64,000 nucleotides of DNA from Octopus sinensis (Eukaryota), in the NCBI RefSeq assembly GCF_006345805.1, contig NC_043005.1:56420001-56484000 (forward strand). Direction: 5' to 3'. The position numbers and the translations under genes are program-made. A model generated the notes under the pieces. That model saw only the letters and a program-made list of their open reading frames with translations. It was not told the DNA's origin and searched no databases. Shown in pieces: positions 25,581 to 38,954 of the stretch (position 1 is its first letter; each line of letters begins with the position of its first letter).

Positions 25581-26058
25581 AGTGTAAATTTGGAGAACAT
25601 GACAGTGCATCGGAAGAAAGGTTTCCTAGAATACCACATCCATTATCTCTCAGTGATACAAACTGAACAAAAATAAATGAAGTGTCCTATACATATATGT
25701 AATTTTTATCACTCAGCTATTGCACAGTTCAGACTCAGTAACACAATCGGTGATAGGTAATGTAGATGTCGTTCGTGTCTTTGACATTGCTAGATGGTTT
25801 TCAATCTCTCAAATTAGTACTTAATGCCTAATATCTTTTATATTAAAATACTAATGGTTAATCTGTAGCACGCACGCACACACGCACGCACGCACGCACA
25901 CACGCACGCACACACACACGAACGCACGCACACGTATCTAAAATATGTATAATGAAAAATCATGTACATTTATTTCTTTGGAAACTTTTCAATTATGGAA
26001 TTACGATTGATGATTAAACTTTCTACTGCTTCAGATGTTATGGTTTGTTGTTGTATGT

Positions 26059-26131
<73 letters not shown>

Positions 26132-26158
26132 AGGAAACAAATAAAAGTATGCTCATAC

Positions 26159-26288
26159 TGTAAACAGCTTCTGATGAAGTTAAGAAAATTGTAATCTCCT
26201 GTTTTAATAACTTGCTGCAATTCTTTGCCGCCCACGCGCCGTTTCTTGCCTTTACTGTTTGTCGTAGATCTTGGATTTCCTTTTGAGT
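26159..26288 (-). CDS. DYRK4: DYRK4-like kinase exon (CMGC insert)
   Basis: cttcag|AC ... TTACA|gtatga, 130 nt, phase 1-2; DSKGNPRSTTNSKGKKRRVGGKELQQVIKTGDYNFLNFIRSCL. Confidence 0.93.
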
Positions 26289-27873
26289 CTGAAGATAAGA
26301 CGAATACTTTTTCAATTATCGAAACGAGAAAGAAGAAACTGACACGTTTCGGACAGGAATCCTTCATCAAGTGAAGGACCCGCTTTCTCTTATCAGGCTA
26401 CAATCTCTTTCTTACTCACTTCAGTGTATGAAAATATACTAATACGTTCAAGTATATTGAATCTCAGAGAACCTCTGAAAGGTTACCATCGTCAGTAGCT
26501 TAGGTTATATCTAAGCTCGCACCTCTGTCAGTTAATATTGACCATACATCTACACATGTATGCGCAGTTGCCCCTTTTTGCATGTTTTCTCTCCCCATTC
26601 CACCGAAGTTTATCACAGGGGAAAGACTGCCAACTTGGGTTGATACAGCTTAGCGCCAGTGTTGTTGGCGTTGTTGTCAGAATGAAAATACTCGGATGAA
26701 ACATTGCATTCTGCCCTGCTTTCTAGTTATTCCGCCAACCAGCTTATCGCACTAAACTAGTACTTTTCATATCAACCTAGAAAGGGATTAAAGACAAAGT
26801 GGACATCGATATAATTGGAACTTGAAGTACAAAGAGTACAAAGAATACAGTGTTGTATTCTAACCAACGTTCTAGTGACCACTCTTCCAATTCGCTGCCT
26901 TTGCTTAGGCTAATTTACCTACATTGTACGCATAAAATATACTTAAACCAACGAAGTAGCTTCTACGTTCATGTATGGCTGCTCAACCAGCTAGAAATAA
27001 TAGCTAAATCTTTCTCGAGCAATCCGTTATTGTCTTAGTAAAAGGGGAAAGCACGTTGGGCAATGTAATTCTAGGCACATCGTGAATGAAAAATTGCTCG
27101 ATGTTCATGACTAGAACGACTTTGAGTATAGGTCTTCTCAAATAACACTGATCCGATGCCAAGCAACTGAAACAACAGCAACACAAAAATATTTAAAATA
27201 ACTGTAGAGTTAAAATTACATTAATAATCTTGGCTGTTTAGTTAAATCGTATGAATGACAGCAAATCTAATAATTTCGAATAAGAGGTTACTCCATACGA
27301 ATTCACTGGAAAAGCATCTACTTTGTCTCTCGATCTACTAGAAATATTTTATCCAATTTTTTCTGCAAACTGCAACCTACCGTATTGAAAAGGAAGGGAA
27401 ATTTTGGCTAATGTAGTCCTAGATATGATATTTAATGCCCGAAAGCGGTGGTCTCCGTTTTTCGGGCGATCTCAAACCACTTCCACTCCGACACGCTTCA
27501 CTCACTCACTCACTTCGTCTTTTGTAGTCGGTATTTCGTCCACACACTCCCAGCGCTTCGCTAACTATTATGTTCTTTATTTCCTTCTTGGAACGTAACT
27601 TCTCTGCGAAAAAACCTCCTGTCTTTCTTTTACTGTAGCAGTTATTCATATGAGACATCAACCGCATCGATTTCATTGGCTACAGGGGACCTGCGAAAAC
27701 TAGGGACATAGCTCCTCAACCTGACCAAACCATTTAAAAATGAATTATATAATCAATACGTAAATGTTGAAGATGAGCCATTCATCAAAATATTCAAAAT
27801 CAAAAGTTTAAAAAAATAATAAATCAATGAAACAGATTCAATACTTTACCGTCGTCTTTATCAAGGAACTCAC

Positions 27874-28107
27874 CAAAAAATAATCTTTTCCTCGTTGCTT
27901 TATTTAGAAAGTTTTCTTCCGGTAAACTGAATACTTCCATTATACAGGCCAGCTGTTCAACCTCATTCTCACCAGGGAACAGAGGATAACCGGTATAGAG
28001 CTCAGCAAGAATACAACCAAAACTCCAGATATCAATTTGGCTCGTGTATGGAATACCTAAAATTACCTCTGGGGACCGGTAGAAACGACTTTGTATATAA
28101 GTGTAAA
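27874..28107 (-). CDS. DYRK4: DYRK4-like kinase exon (activation loop YTY to subdomain X)
   Basis: ttgcag|TT ... TTTG|gtgagt, 234 nt, phase 1-1; [18 protein letters not shown]...[33 protein letters not shown]. Confidence 0.97.
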
Positions 28108-28149
28108 CTGCAACGAAAACGAAATGAACATTAATATGATATATATATA

Positions 28150-28565
28150 TTTCTTTTTTGCCCACAAGGGGCTAAACATAGAGGGGACAAACAAGGACAG
28201 ACAAACGGATTAAGTCGATTACATCGACCCCAGTGCGTTGCTGGTACTTAATTTATCGACCCCGAAAGGACGAAAGGCAAAGTCGACCTCGGCGGAATTT
28301 GAACTCAGAACGTAACGGCAGACGAAATACCTATTTCTTTACTACCCACAAGGGGCTAAACACAGAGAGGACAAACAAGGACAGACAAACGGATTAAGTC
28401 GATTACATCGACTCCAGTGCGTTGCTGGTACTTAATTTATCGACCCCGAAAGGACGAAAGGCGAAGTCGACCTGGGCGGAATTTGAACTCAGAACGTAGC
28501 GGCAGACGAAATACCGCTAAACATTTCGCCCGGCGTGCTAACGTTTCTGCCAGCTCGCCGCCTTT
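28150..28565 (-). mobile_element. SINE family D with an internal tandem duplication of about 185 bp
   Basis: Head GGCGGCGAGCTGGCAGAAACG; GAGTTCAAATTCC B box; CCTTTCGTCCTTTCGGGGTCGATAAA core present twice. Confidence 0.85.
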
Positions 28566-28729
28566 TAATATGATATATATTTATTTACACACGAAGAAGA
28601 TTGACAGTGACTTCGAAGTTATGCTATGGACCGGTTTTCTTTGGCAAATTGCAAATTTTTACAGTGTTAGGTTGCCCTTTATATGTTTGGGTTCAGTCTG
28701 TGGGTTGATTGTTATAATAATAATAAATG

Positions 28730-29262
28730 CCCCGATCCAGTACCAGGCAGTGGCTCTCATGGCTGCTGATCTTAACTGATTGGAAGTGCTATCATGTACA
28801 TTGATTTGTTTTTGTATAAAAGATGGGCTACAGTAAATATTTTGCTCAATACCACAGATTTGCTTGTCAGTTATTTGACCTTAACCACTTGACCATTTCC
28901 CTTAGTGGCTGACGATATGTGCATCTCTGACCACGAGCAGAAGTAGTAGGGGAGCATCATAGCCGTGTGTTGAAAGGAATTCTTAGAGGTTTGGCTAATT
29001 CACCTTTGGAAACATGGGTGGTTCGTTCAACATCCTTAAACAATCCTTATTCAGGGACCTTTTGAGCGGGATGAGCTACTCGACCAGAAGAAAATTCTAA
29101 CTGGGCCCCACCTGCAAGGTCATGCGCTGTTTATCTTGATATGAGATCACCATGTTGCACACATATGGCTGTGATGCATGTGCCTAGTGTACCCTTATTG
29201 GACGGATAGTCCTGATGGTATACTGGGCTTCGTATATTTTACCCCAGTGTCACTTTAATGAG
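28730..29262. mobile_element. Interspersed repeat associated with (TAA)n; inverted partial copy at 54175-54330
   Basis: 29130-29260 is a diverged reverse complement of 54195-54325. Confidence 0.65.
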
Positions 29263-29523
29263 AAACAAACACAGAGAGAGTTAGACAAAACAGACTGATT
29301 CTGAGGGAACAAGAATGAAAAATTGTGGAATCAATGAAGAAGAAAAAAAGAGAAAGCAGGAGATAAAAGTAAGAGATGATAATGACAAATAGTGGTGGTA
29401 TAAGTGGTGGTGAAATGTCAAAAAGTTGGAGTGTGAATAAAGAGATAAAATTAGCCTGGAGCCGTAATGGAAGAGTAAGTAAGAGAGATAGAGAGATAGA
29501 GAGAGACAGAGATAGAGAAACAA

Positions 29524-29560
<37 letters not shown>

Positions 29561-29589
29561 AAAAAGGAGATGTGGAACACGAGTTGTGA

Positions 29590-29868
29590 TATATAAAAAG
29601 GAAATGAAGAAAATGCTGACAAAATAATTTAAGTAATTTAAGTAATTTAAGTAACCGGTTGCGCATTTGTTATGCTTATCAAAAGATATTTAGAGTAGAT
29701 TTTTTCCTCTTATTAGGAAAAATCTATCAGAAAGGAACTCTAATCTCTCTTTAAAAAATATCTTTTGATAAGCATAACAAATGCGCAACCGGTAAAAAGA
29801 ACTTCACCTAATTAAATTACTTAAATTACTTAAATTATTTGTCAGCATTTTTTTCATTTCTTTATATA
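29590..29868. repeat. Inverted repeat module between (TA)n tracts, with a variant hammerhead-like motif
   Basis: 29590-29690 mirrors 29757-29868 (AAATGCTGACAAAATAATTTAAGTAA..ACCGGTTGCGCATTTGTTATGCTTATCAAAAGATATTT). Confidence 0.8.
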
Positions 29869-29881
29869 TATATATATATAT

Positions 29882-29950
<69 letters not shown>

Positions 29951-30368
29951 GAAATTATCCTAAGAAGTGGGAGTCTACGTAAAAGTGATAGTTTAAAATA
30001 AACATGCAAGCGTAAAAGCGCAAAGTATAGAGTTTGAAGAATGAAAGAGATATTGGAAGGGAAGAATGAAGAATATAATAAATACGTAACAAAGTTTGCG
30101 ACGTCACTGAGTCATTGGTTATCTCATTCTCTCATCATCTCTCACACTCTCTTCCTCTTTCTCCCTCCCTCTCCTCCCCCTCTCTCATCTCACTGCGTTT
30201 GTTTGACATATTTTTGTAGTGTGCCTTAGTATATACAAAAAGATGGCACTATTAGTTGAAATGTTAGTTTGCTACACGAACCAAACACGAAACTAATATC
30301 TTCTGTATGAGTATTATAGATATGTATATATTTATGTTTGTCAGTATTTGTGTATGTATTTATATATT

Positions 30369-30479
<111 letters not shown>

Positions 30480-31754
30480 CATAGATACATACATACATAC
30501 ATACATACATACATACATACATGCATACATACATACATTGCAAAATATGGATGAAATTCATGCAGTTTATATTATAACCTTATACTATAAATTTTCTGTA
30601 GGTAGGCAAATAGAACTTTAGCAAGAATATCCGTATACACACACACACACATACGCACATACGTACATAAATACATACACACATACACATATATATATAT
30701 ACGCGCACGCGCACGCTGTTACACACACATACACGTACAACACACACATAACACACGCATACACATATGAGAGAGAGAGAGACAAATATTCTTCTAGCGT
30801 GGTATTTCCTCAGATTTTGCTAGTCATTGAAATTTATTCATTTATTCTGATTGGATGTGCTTCCACCGCCATGTGAAACTATGTGCAAAAATGTTCTTTA
30901 TGTAAAGCGTCGTCTATATAAAGAAATAAAAAATTATTTTTTACGCTCTTTCGCATTTGATGCGGGAAGACTACTTAAAAAATAATAATACTGTCAGACA
31001 TCTGAACACGAAACCCCAAACAGGACATATCCCCAAAGATCCAAAAGGTAAAAATATGTAATCAAGATAACAAACTTTTGCACTTTTAAAAGCAATAACA
31101 TTTTCACAAGCAAATTTAAATACATCTTATGCACAGATTTTTGCACCACAGTAACCTATTTCCCTATGTTGCTAGTAATACAGACATTTTAACTATGGGT
31201 CAGCTATAGGAGAAGAAAATGGTGTGCAATAAATGCGAAACAAAGTGAATTGCACACCAACACGTGATTGTCATCCAAAAATGACAAAGGCAGAAGATGC
31301 TAACCTATACTTTGCAAACGAGTGGGAAAAAGTTCATCTTCACAATTTAATGCTAAACCTGTGTAATGGCAATGTAGTTCATATGTACAATAAGCACAAG
31401 ATATGAGGTATCCCGGAAAGAATTTTAACGAAAATATATCCGTATATATGTATATCAAAGAGGGAGAAGGCAAGAAAAACAGACAGAGAGAGATTATTTT
31501 CTATCGTGGAATTTCCTTACAGGTAACAAGCTTGTATATATATATGGGTGTGTGTGATACAGTTATTAAATATATATATATTTGATGTACATGAAACACG
31601 AAAGACTTGCATCATTGTCTACAAAAACTCAAACTCGTGTTAACTGTAAACCATGTGGCCATACTACTGTTTAAACCAATGTAACATTACAACTTAAAAC
31701 ATCCCATTTAGAAGCTTTACCCTAAAAGCTAAGATTCCAACATATATATATAAA

Positions 31755-31815
<61 letters not shown>

Positions 31816-31942
31816 CTTACAAAATAAGGGCAAAAGAAAAATTCTAATGCCAAATACGCCGAAAAAAGACAAAAATGTCAATAACCATTACAATTTATGC
31901 GTCTCGAAACAAGCCGATAGAAATTTCTAAAAGATCCGTTAT

Positions 31943-32001
31943 TACCGTATTGGTCCCAATTTCGGGGTTAATTCATAAGAATTTTCCCCTCCTCAGCGAT
32001 A
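31943..32001 (-). ncRNA. Type I hammerhead motif, left palindrome arm (DYRK4 sense strand)
   Basis: Reverse complement of 32088-32146. Confidence 0.75.
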
Positions 32002-32087
32002 AATACGTAAGACATAAATGAAATACTTACTTAGTGCTTGCTTTTTCCATGGGTATGAGTAAGTATTTCATTTATGTCTTACGTATT

Positions 32088-32146
32088 TATCGCTGAGGAG
32101 GGGAAAATTCTTACGAATTAACCCCGAAATTGGGACCAATACGGTA
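32088..32146 (+). ncRNA. Type I hammerhead motif, right palindrome arm
   Basis: TATCG-CTGAGGA-GGGG...CCCC-GAAA-TTGG-GA-CCAA-TA-CGGTA; all three stems pair; AUA triplet. Confidence 0.75.
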
Positions 32147-32435
32147 ATAACGGATCTTTTAGAAATTTCTATCGGCTTGTTTCGAGACGCATAAATTATA
32201 ATGGTTATTGACAATTTTGTCTTTTTTTCGGCATATTTGGCATTAGAATTTTTCTTTTGCCCTTATTTTATAAGTTATTTATAAATTTAACCTTTAAAGG
32301 TATTTTTTAATATGCTGGCCATTGATAAAATTTTTTTTCGAAAAAAATGTTATCCTACATTAGTTATTAGTCTTTTAAACACAAGAGAAATTACCTTTAA
32401 CAGGTAATTTTACACGCTAGAAGAAGCAGTCAAAA

Positions 32436-33016
32436 GCGTGTAAAATTACCTGTTAAAAGTAATTTATCTTGTATTTAAATGTACACTATTTTATATTGAA
32501 AATATGTTGGTTATTGACCTTTTATACATGCTAGGCCACTGGTAGTGAAATTTCTATAAATATTCGCTACCCTATATATTTTACGTATATGATTTTAGCT
32601 TTTCGGCATTTTTCATTTACTGCCGACTGAAACTGCGCTTGCGCGGTGAATTTGAAAAAACTATAACATGTAATGATGAGACACATGTTATTTGTCTCTA
32701 AATTATATATTAATGTTATGGCACGGTTACTGTTGAGAATTTCGACTATCAAATTATTTTATTTGCTAAAAAAATTTGAAACCTAGGTATAATCGTAAAA
32801 AAATAACAAGGTGAAAGTTTTTATTTTTCATTCCTTTCGAAATTGCTCTTACATGTGGTTTCGGTCGTTTTGACTGCTTCTTCTAGCGTGTAAAATTACC
32901 TGTTAAAGTTAACTTCTCTTCTGCTTAAATGTACACTATTTTATATTGAGAATATGTTGTCTATTGACTTTTTATATAAGCTAGGCCACTAGTAGTGAAA
33001 TTTCTATAAATATTCG

Positions 33017-33028
<12 letters not shown>
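32436..33028. repeat. Direct repeat of about 143 bp (32436-32578, 32886-33028) plus short inverted copy at 32388-32430
   Basis: GCGTGTAAAATTACCTGTTAAA...GCTAGGCCACT.GTAGTGAAATTTCTATAAATATTCGCTACCCTATATA twice. Confidence 0.85.
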
Positions 33029-33081
<53 letters not shown>

Positions 33082-33809
33082 AACGTCAAGATTGTATATG
33101 ATATAAGCTTGTATAGTACTTACAAGTACGACGTAAGATAAAATATATGAACAGTATCAGCCACGGGAATCAAGTCACGTACCTCTTATAAATGCCGAAC
33201 ACCCCTCCCACACACAAACACACACACAAACACACCCACCCACAGATGTGCAAAGACAGAGACAGAAAGAGAGAGAGAGACTAATAGTGTCTCCTGCTAA
33301 GACAGCCGTGCCTATGCGTTTAGTTTTGAGCTTAAAGAATATTTACAATGTCAGCCAGGTGTAATTTGGCAAAACGACCAACTGGGCAGCAACTAATTAC
33401 TACATAAGTTATGCACGAAAAATTCGTTGACATCAACTAGACCACTGTTTGTCAACCAATTTATTTACCTATAGATCCCTTTGATAACTATTTTACTCTT
33501 ATAGATCCTCCTAGCTATTCGATATTTAAAATAATCCCATTTTCATAATTAGATATTATTAGGAATTGCATAAAAATAATTATTAAAACAAGAGCACTCA
33601 GAGAGGGCAAACCTCCGCCAAGGAAACACCGACGTCCTCTCGACGATTAGCCAGAGATGATTTTTAAAATGAGAATATCTGAAATAAACTCGACTGCTCT
33701 CACAAACGAGAATACTAAAAATGAACCCACCGCTCTCCAAATAAACAAACAAACACGACTGAAAACAATACCTCCGCCTTCGCTAAGGCGGAAGTAATAA
33801 GCAATATAG

Positions 33810-34465
33810 CTAGTTGTAAAATCTCAAGAGATCAGCACTACAAAAGGAGGCACGATAACGTGGCCAAGTTCGTCCACGGGAAGCTATGTGAAAAGTATGG
33901 CCTGAGAAGAGTACAGAAATTGTACTAACATGAACCAGAAGGAGTTGACAAAACAAGGAATATAAGATATTGTGGGAGTGTTTACAATCCAATGTGACTC
34001 CCTAATCGAGGCTCGGAGACCAGATATTGTGGTAGATAAAGGGAAAAAGGGAAAAAGGGAAATCAATATTATAGATATTGCAATACCCGGAGATGCCCAC
34101 ATAAGTGACAAAAAAAACTAGAAAAGATTGAAAAATACAGACTACAAAAGGTGAAATCCCAAGAATGTGGACTACGAGGAGAGTGTCTGTCATTCCAGTC
34201 GTTATAGGGGCACACGGAGCACTAACAACCAAGTTCGAGAAATATGTCAGAGAAATCGGAATTGACATGAGAGCAGAGCAAGCCCAAAAAACTACGATGT
34301 TGAAGACAGCTAGGATTTTGAGATTGGTACATGGATGTTGATAATTAACAACCAAATATCAAAGCTTATAATGTCCGGAAAGAGACTTTGTGAGACCTCT
34401 GACAACAGGATGCTGTCCGCTCTCACAGAATCTACCAGAGCAAACAAGATTGAGTCCTCTGAGAG
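33810..34465 (+). mobile_element. R4/Dong-type (RLE) non-LTR retrotransposon, decayed 3' end
   Basis: YKRRHDNVAKFVH, IEARRPDIVV, IIDIAIPGD and VIPVVIGA motifs across frameshifts. Confidence 0.85.
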
Positions 34466-34484
34466 GTAAAACAATGCTTTCTAC

Positions 34485-34682
34485 AACAGACACAAGGCTT
34501 GAAACTTTGTGGGAGGGGTTAGTGGATTATATTGATCCCACTGCGTAACTGATACTTATTTCATCGACCTGAAAGGATGAAATACAAAGCTGACCTCGGT
34601 GGAATTTAAACTCAGAACGTAAGGACGACGAAATGACTCTAAGTGTTTTACCCGCCGTGCTAACGATTCTGCCAGCTCGCCA
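34485..34682 (-). mobile_element. SINE family D-related copy
   Basis: GGCGAGCTGGCAGAATCGTTAGCAC head; similar copies near 42370-42580, 44630-44850, 46432-46632, 49230-49405. Confidence 0.7.
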
Positions 34683-35445
34683 ATCATTTTAAAGAGAAAG
34701 AAAAAGCAACTCTGTTGTCAGTGCCCCAACAAATGGAACTGACATTCTATCGGAATATAAGATCTATATCAGCAACGACAGTCCTATGAAAGAAACAGTT
34801 CAGTGCTGGAATAAATGACTTGTTACATTTACTTTCGATCTTCTAGGCTTAAAACTGAAGTTTTTCAAGAGCGACCTCGCATTTCAACCTTCTTGGGACG
34901 AATCTGCGCGTTCGTTAAATCTGCCAAAAAAACATCGCCACTTTTCCCTCTAATACAAACCTATCGTGCTAAAAATAATAAAGACATATTGAATAATATT
35001 GTCCCCGAAATACAGAAAGATGGAATCGTCATATCTGGAACGCTTTTGATTAAAGACATCAGCAGTATTAAGTCATTCAAAAAGTTGTTTATTTACCAGA
35101 GTTCTTTTAAAGTACTTAGGTTAAGATCTAAATCACCGTCACCCCGACCCACAAACCCACATCACACCACCACCACATTCTTGTCGACAGGCCGATAGTC
35201 TACAGCATTAGGTTAGATGTCTTCATAAACAACATTTCCATGCAAATGTCCTCACATGCTGTGAACATTGAGTCGAACACAGCCATAGCAAAAGCAAATA
35301 TTAAGTTAGTAGCGTTTTACGCCTTGTTAGATAGTGAGCCGTGGCGAGGACAAGTGAGGAAGAGGCATGACTCTACAACCTAACATGCGTTATCATTAAT
35401 TAAATAATCAAATAATCAAAAACTACCGAAATCATGTGTGTGTGT

Positions 35446-35495
<50 letters not shown>

Positions 35496-35631
35496 TGTTT
35501 ACACCTTTTACCATAAGAGAGAGAACTTTTTCTCCACGGTAACTGCAGTGAATTTGCCTATAGAAGTTGAAATATGTATGTGACAAACATATTTTAACTA
35601 ACTCAATATACATACATATATACATACATGA

Positions 35632-35946
35632 TGGAGGCGCAATGGCCCAGTGGTTAGGGCAGCGGACTCGCGGTCGGAGGATCGCGGTTTCGATTCCCAG
35701 ACCGGGCATTGTGTGTGTTTATTGAGCGAAAACACCTAAGAAGCTCCACGAGATTCCGGCATGGGGGGGGCGACCCCTGTTGTACTCTTTCGCCCCAACT
35801 TTCTCTCACTCTTTCTTCCTCTTTCTTGAGGTATAGCTGCGATGGACTGGCGTCCCGTCCAGCTGGGGGGAACACATACGCCACAGAAACCGGGAAACCG
35901 GGTCCATGAGCCTGGCTAGGCTTGAAAAGGGCGCATAAATAAATAA
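35632..35946 (+). mobile_element. SINE family B
   Basis: TGGAGGCGCAATGGCCCAGTGG (A box), GGTTTCGATTCC (B box). Confidence 0.9.
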
Positions 35947-35959
35947 TACATATATATAC

Positions 35960-36044
<85 letters not shown>

Positions 36045-36739
36045 CATACACACACAAACACACACACATATATATATATACTTATTGAACAAAAGTTGTC
36101 AAGAATGCAGTCACAGCTCAGAACTAATTGAGTAACTTAAGTCAGCTCTAAATAACCTGTCTAGTCCAGATTAATTGTGTGTTAACTTGGCTTTATGAAT
36201 AAGTAATGCAGTTATACTTATAATGGCTTAGTCACTTGTCTAGCACGTCTTACCTGACTCACCATCCTGATAGTTAGATCCTGAAATCAAGACAACGAAT
36301 TAGAATGGTGTTTACTTAAGCTTTCTGTACATTCTCGATATTAAATATTAAACAAGTTTTCTCCTACGATTTCAGCTAAAAAAAGAATGTACTTTCGATC
36401 AAGATTATTTTACACAGTGGAGTCACTGGAGTTGATGTCTCTAGTGCAGTGACTCACCCATTACTATGAGCCTTACATTGTACCATACCAAATAGAACTC
36501 ATAGAAAAATTTGTATACTTCAATATATCCAATCAACTTAAGTGTCCATGTAACGCTGGCAAGTTATGGCAAACTGAGAATGGTATATAAATAAAGACGT
36601 AAAAACTAAAAGCGAACAAGAAAGATCTACAGATAAAGAACATTAATTAAATGTAGTTCAATCTTTTTGTAAACTTCATGAATTGTGTGTGTGTGTGTGT
36701 GGGGTGTGTGTGGGTGTGTGTGTGTGTGTGTGTGAGTGC

Positions 36740-36774
<35 letters not shown>

Positions 36775-36808
36775 TGCGTGCGTGTGTGTGTGTGAGTGTG
36801 TTTGTATA

Positions 36809-36844
<36 letters not shown>

Positions 36845-36987
36845 GAAAATAGTAAAAAGTGAAAAAACTACAGAAGGCTTGTTTTCAAAGGTTAAAAAAT
36901 ATATATTTGAGTCAATATGTCTGAAGAATGTTATAAATTTTTTTCATACAATGACATAGTTTATGTGTGTGTGTGTGTGTGCGTGTG

Positions 36988-37297
36988 TGGAGGCGCAATG
37001 GCCCAGTGGTTAGGGCGGCTGAGTCGCGGTTGTAAAATCGCGGTTTCGATTCCCAAACCGGGCGTTGTGAGTCTTTATTGAGCGAAAACACCTAAAGCTC
37101 CACGAGGCTCCGGCAGGGGGGAGGTCGATCCCTGCTGTACTCTTTCGCCCCAACTTTCTTTCACACTTTCTTCTGTTGGCCTGCTCGCTTAGCCAGCGGG
37201 GTGACGTCTTTTGAAGGCTAAAACAATGCGAAGCGCATTGTGACCAGCGATATGTAGCAACATCTGAAAGCCTGGTCGGTCACGGTAATTACGGTGA
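36988..37297 (+). mobile_element. SINE family B with a different 3' tail
   Basis: Same head as 35632; tail GAAGGCTAAAACAATGCGAAGCGCATTGTGACCAGCG. Confidence 0.88.
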
Positions 37298-37828
37298 TAT
37301 ATAAGTATGTATGTATTTATCTATGTATATATATACATATATATATTTCTTTTAATCTTTATTTCTCTCCACATTTATATTCTCTCCTACTGTGCCCTCT
37401 ATACATTCTGATTGAACCCTCCTTGTGTTAACATGTACCTCCCATGTGTTAACATGTACCTCCCTTTCATTTTATCAAGGTATCCTTGGCCTGAAGAGTA
37501 GCCTGTGGTATACACCTCGCTTGGATATCTACCACTTCTGAGGTAAATATGAGGCATATGTAGCTCGGATTTTATCTACCCTATTCTTAAAATCTTGTAT
37601 TCTTATACGCACACCCGGCAACGCTGGTCGCCTACCGTGAAATAAGAAAGGAACTTTTTTAGGTTTATCGTACTTCGTTACGAAATCTTAAAAAAATCCA
37701 CAACCTTCCGTCTCAATAAACCGGTATTGTTCCAGAAAATTGCTTTTTATATTTACTACGGATTACTTGAAACTAACTGTCTTCCTACACCTCGATCCCT
37801 GGATCTTTATATATATGCGACATTTACG

Positions 37829-37895
<67 letters not shown>

Positions 37896-37899
37896 GCAC

Positions 37900-38114
37900 A
37901 TGATAGGTCGTCATAATAGATCGCCATGATAGATCGCTAGCCACTACACAATCTTTATTTTCTCTCCTTGTTTCTTTTTGTGTTCCTTTCTGTGTAAGAT
38001 CATAGGCTCGAAATGTTAAAGACTTTTTCACTTCCGGAGCGTTATACTAATACATCTATTTCTTGTCTACACCACTTGTCTTCGTCTTTTGCTCTTTTTT
38101 TTTGTGAATTCTCC

Positions 38115-38117
<3 letters not shown>
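37900..38117 (+). mobile_element. Short (TA)n-flanked element with a decayed hammerhead-like core
   Basis: CTTT-CTGTGTA-AGATC..GCTC-GAAATGTT-AAAG; tail GAGCG..TACTAATAC..CTTCGTCTTTTG shared with 16845-16926. Confidence 0.5.
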
Positions 38118-38168
<51 letters not shown>

Positions 38169-38872
38169 GCACATACATACATGCATATTTTTTCGGGAAT
38201 TTAAGGAGCATGAGCGTATAAGGAGCACCCAATTTTGGTAAGCCGAATTAGCAGAAAATAAAATTGCAGTCAACTCCGAATCTCTGAGATGAATGTTACA
38301 CGTTTTCATTTATAGGAAGCTCGAAAGATTTAGACTGGCGTACTTTAGTAAGCTACGAATGGTAAACTACGTTAAATACCTTAATACTGCCAAATATCAC
38401 TACTTTTTATGTTTCGGTAATACTGGTTGCTATCCTCTTATGTAAACCGACAACAGCACACACCTGCTAGGAATGCATATACTGCTTATTATATACTGAA
38501 TAAATATCTCATATCTTTTTGTAGTTCCAGTCATTAGACAGCGACCATGCTGGGGCACCGCCTTCAAGTAATTTTTACCCGAATTAATCGACCCCCACGA
38601 CTTAATTTTTCTAAATCTGGTATTTATCTTATTAGTGTCTTTTGCCGAACTGCTATGTTAAATGGACGTAAACACACCAACATCGGTTATCAAGAAGCGG
38701 TGGCAGGGGACGAACACACACACACACACACACACATGTATATATGTATATTTATGTATGTTGTGCGTGTGTATGAGTGTGTGTGTGTCTTTGTATGTGT
38801 CTGTGTGGGTGTACGTTTGAGTGTATCTGCGTGTGTTTGTAAAAGAATCAACAGATAAAAGTTGAAACGTAC

Positions 38873-38954
38873 CTCGCTGGTATTCATAACAACTAGAACC
38901 AAAGTCTATAACCTTTATGGAACTCTGACCTCTTTGTTTCAGTAAAATATTTTC
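38873..38954 (-). CDS. DYRK4: DYRK4-like kinase exon (ENILL...DFG)
   Basis: ttgcag|GAA ... CGAG|gtacgt, 82 nt, phase 0-1; [27 protein letters not shown]. Confidence 0.96.

Larger units (their letters stand above)
31812..32278. repeat. Near-perfect palindrome, arms about 220 bp, spacer about 25 bp
   Basis: 31812-32031 is the reverse complement of 32057-32278 with a few mismatches; abuts (TA)n. Confidence 0.95.

Noticed and set aside
35632-35705. tRNA gene
   Set aside because: A and B boxes continue into a SINE body shared by several copies
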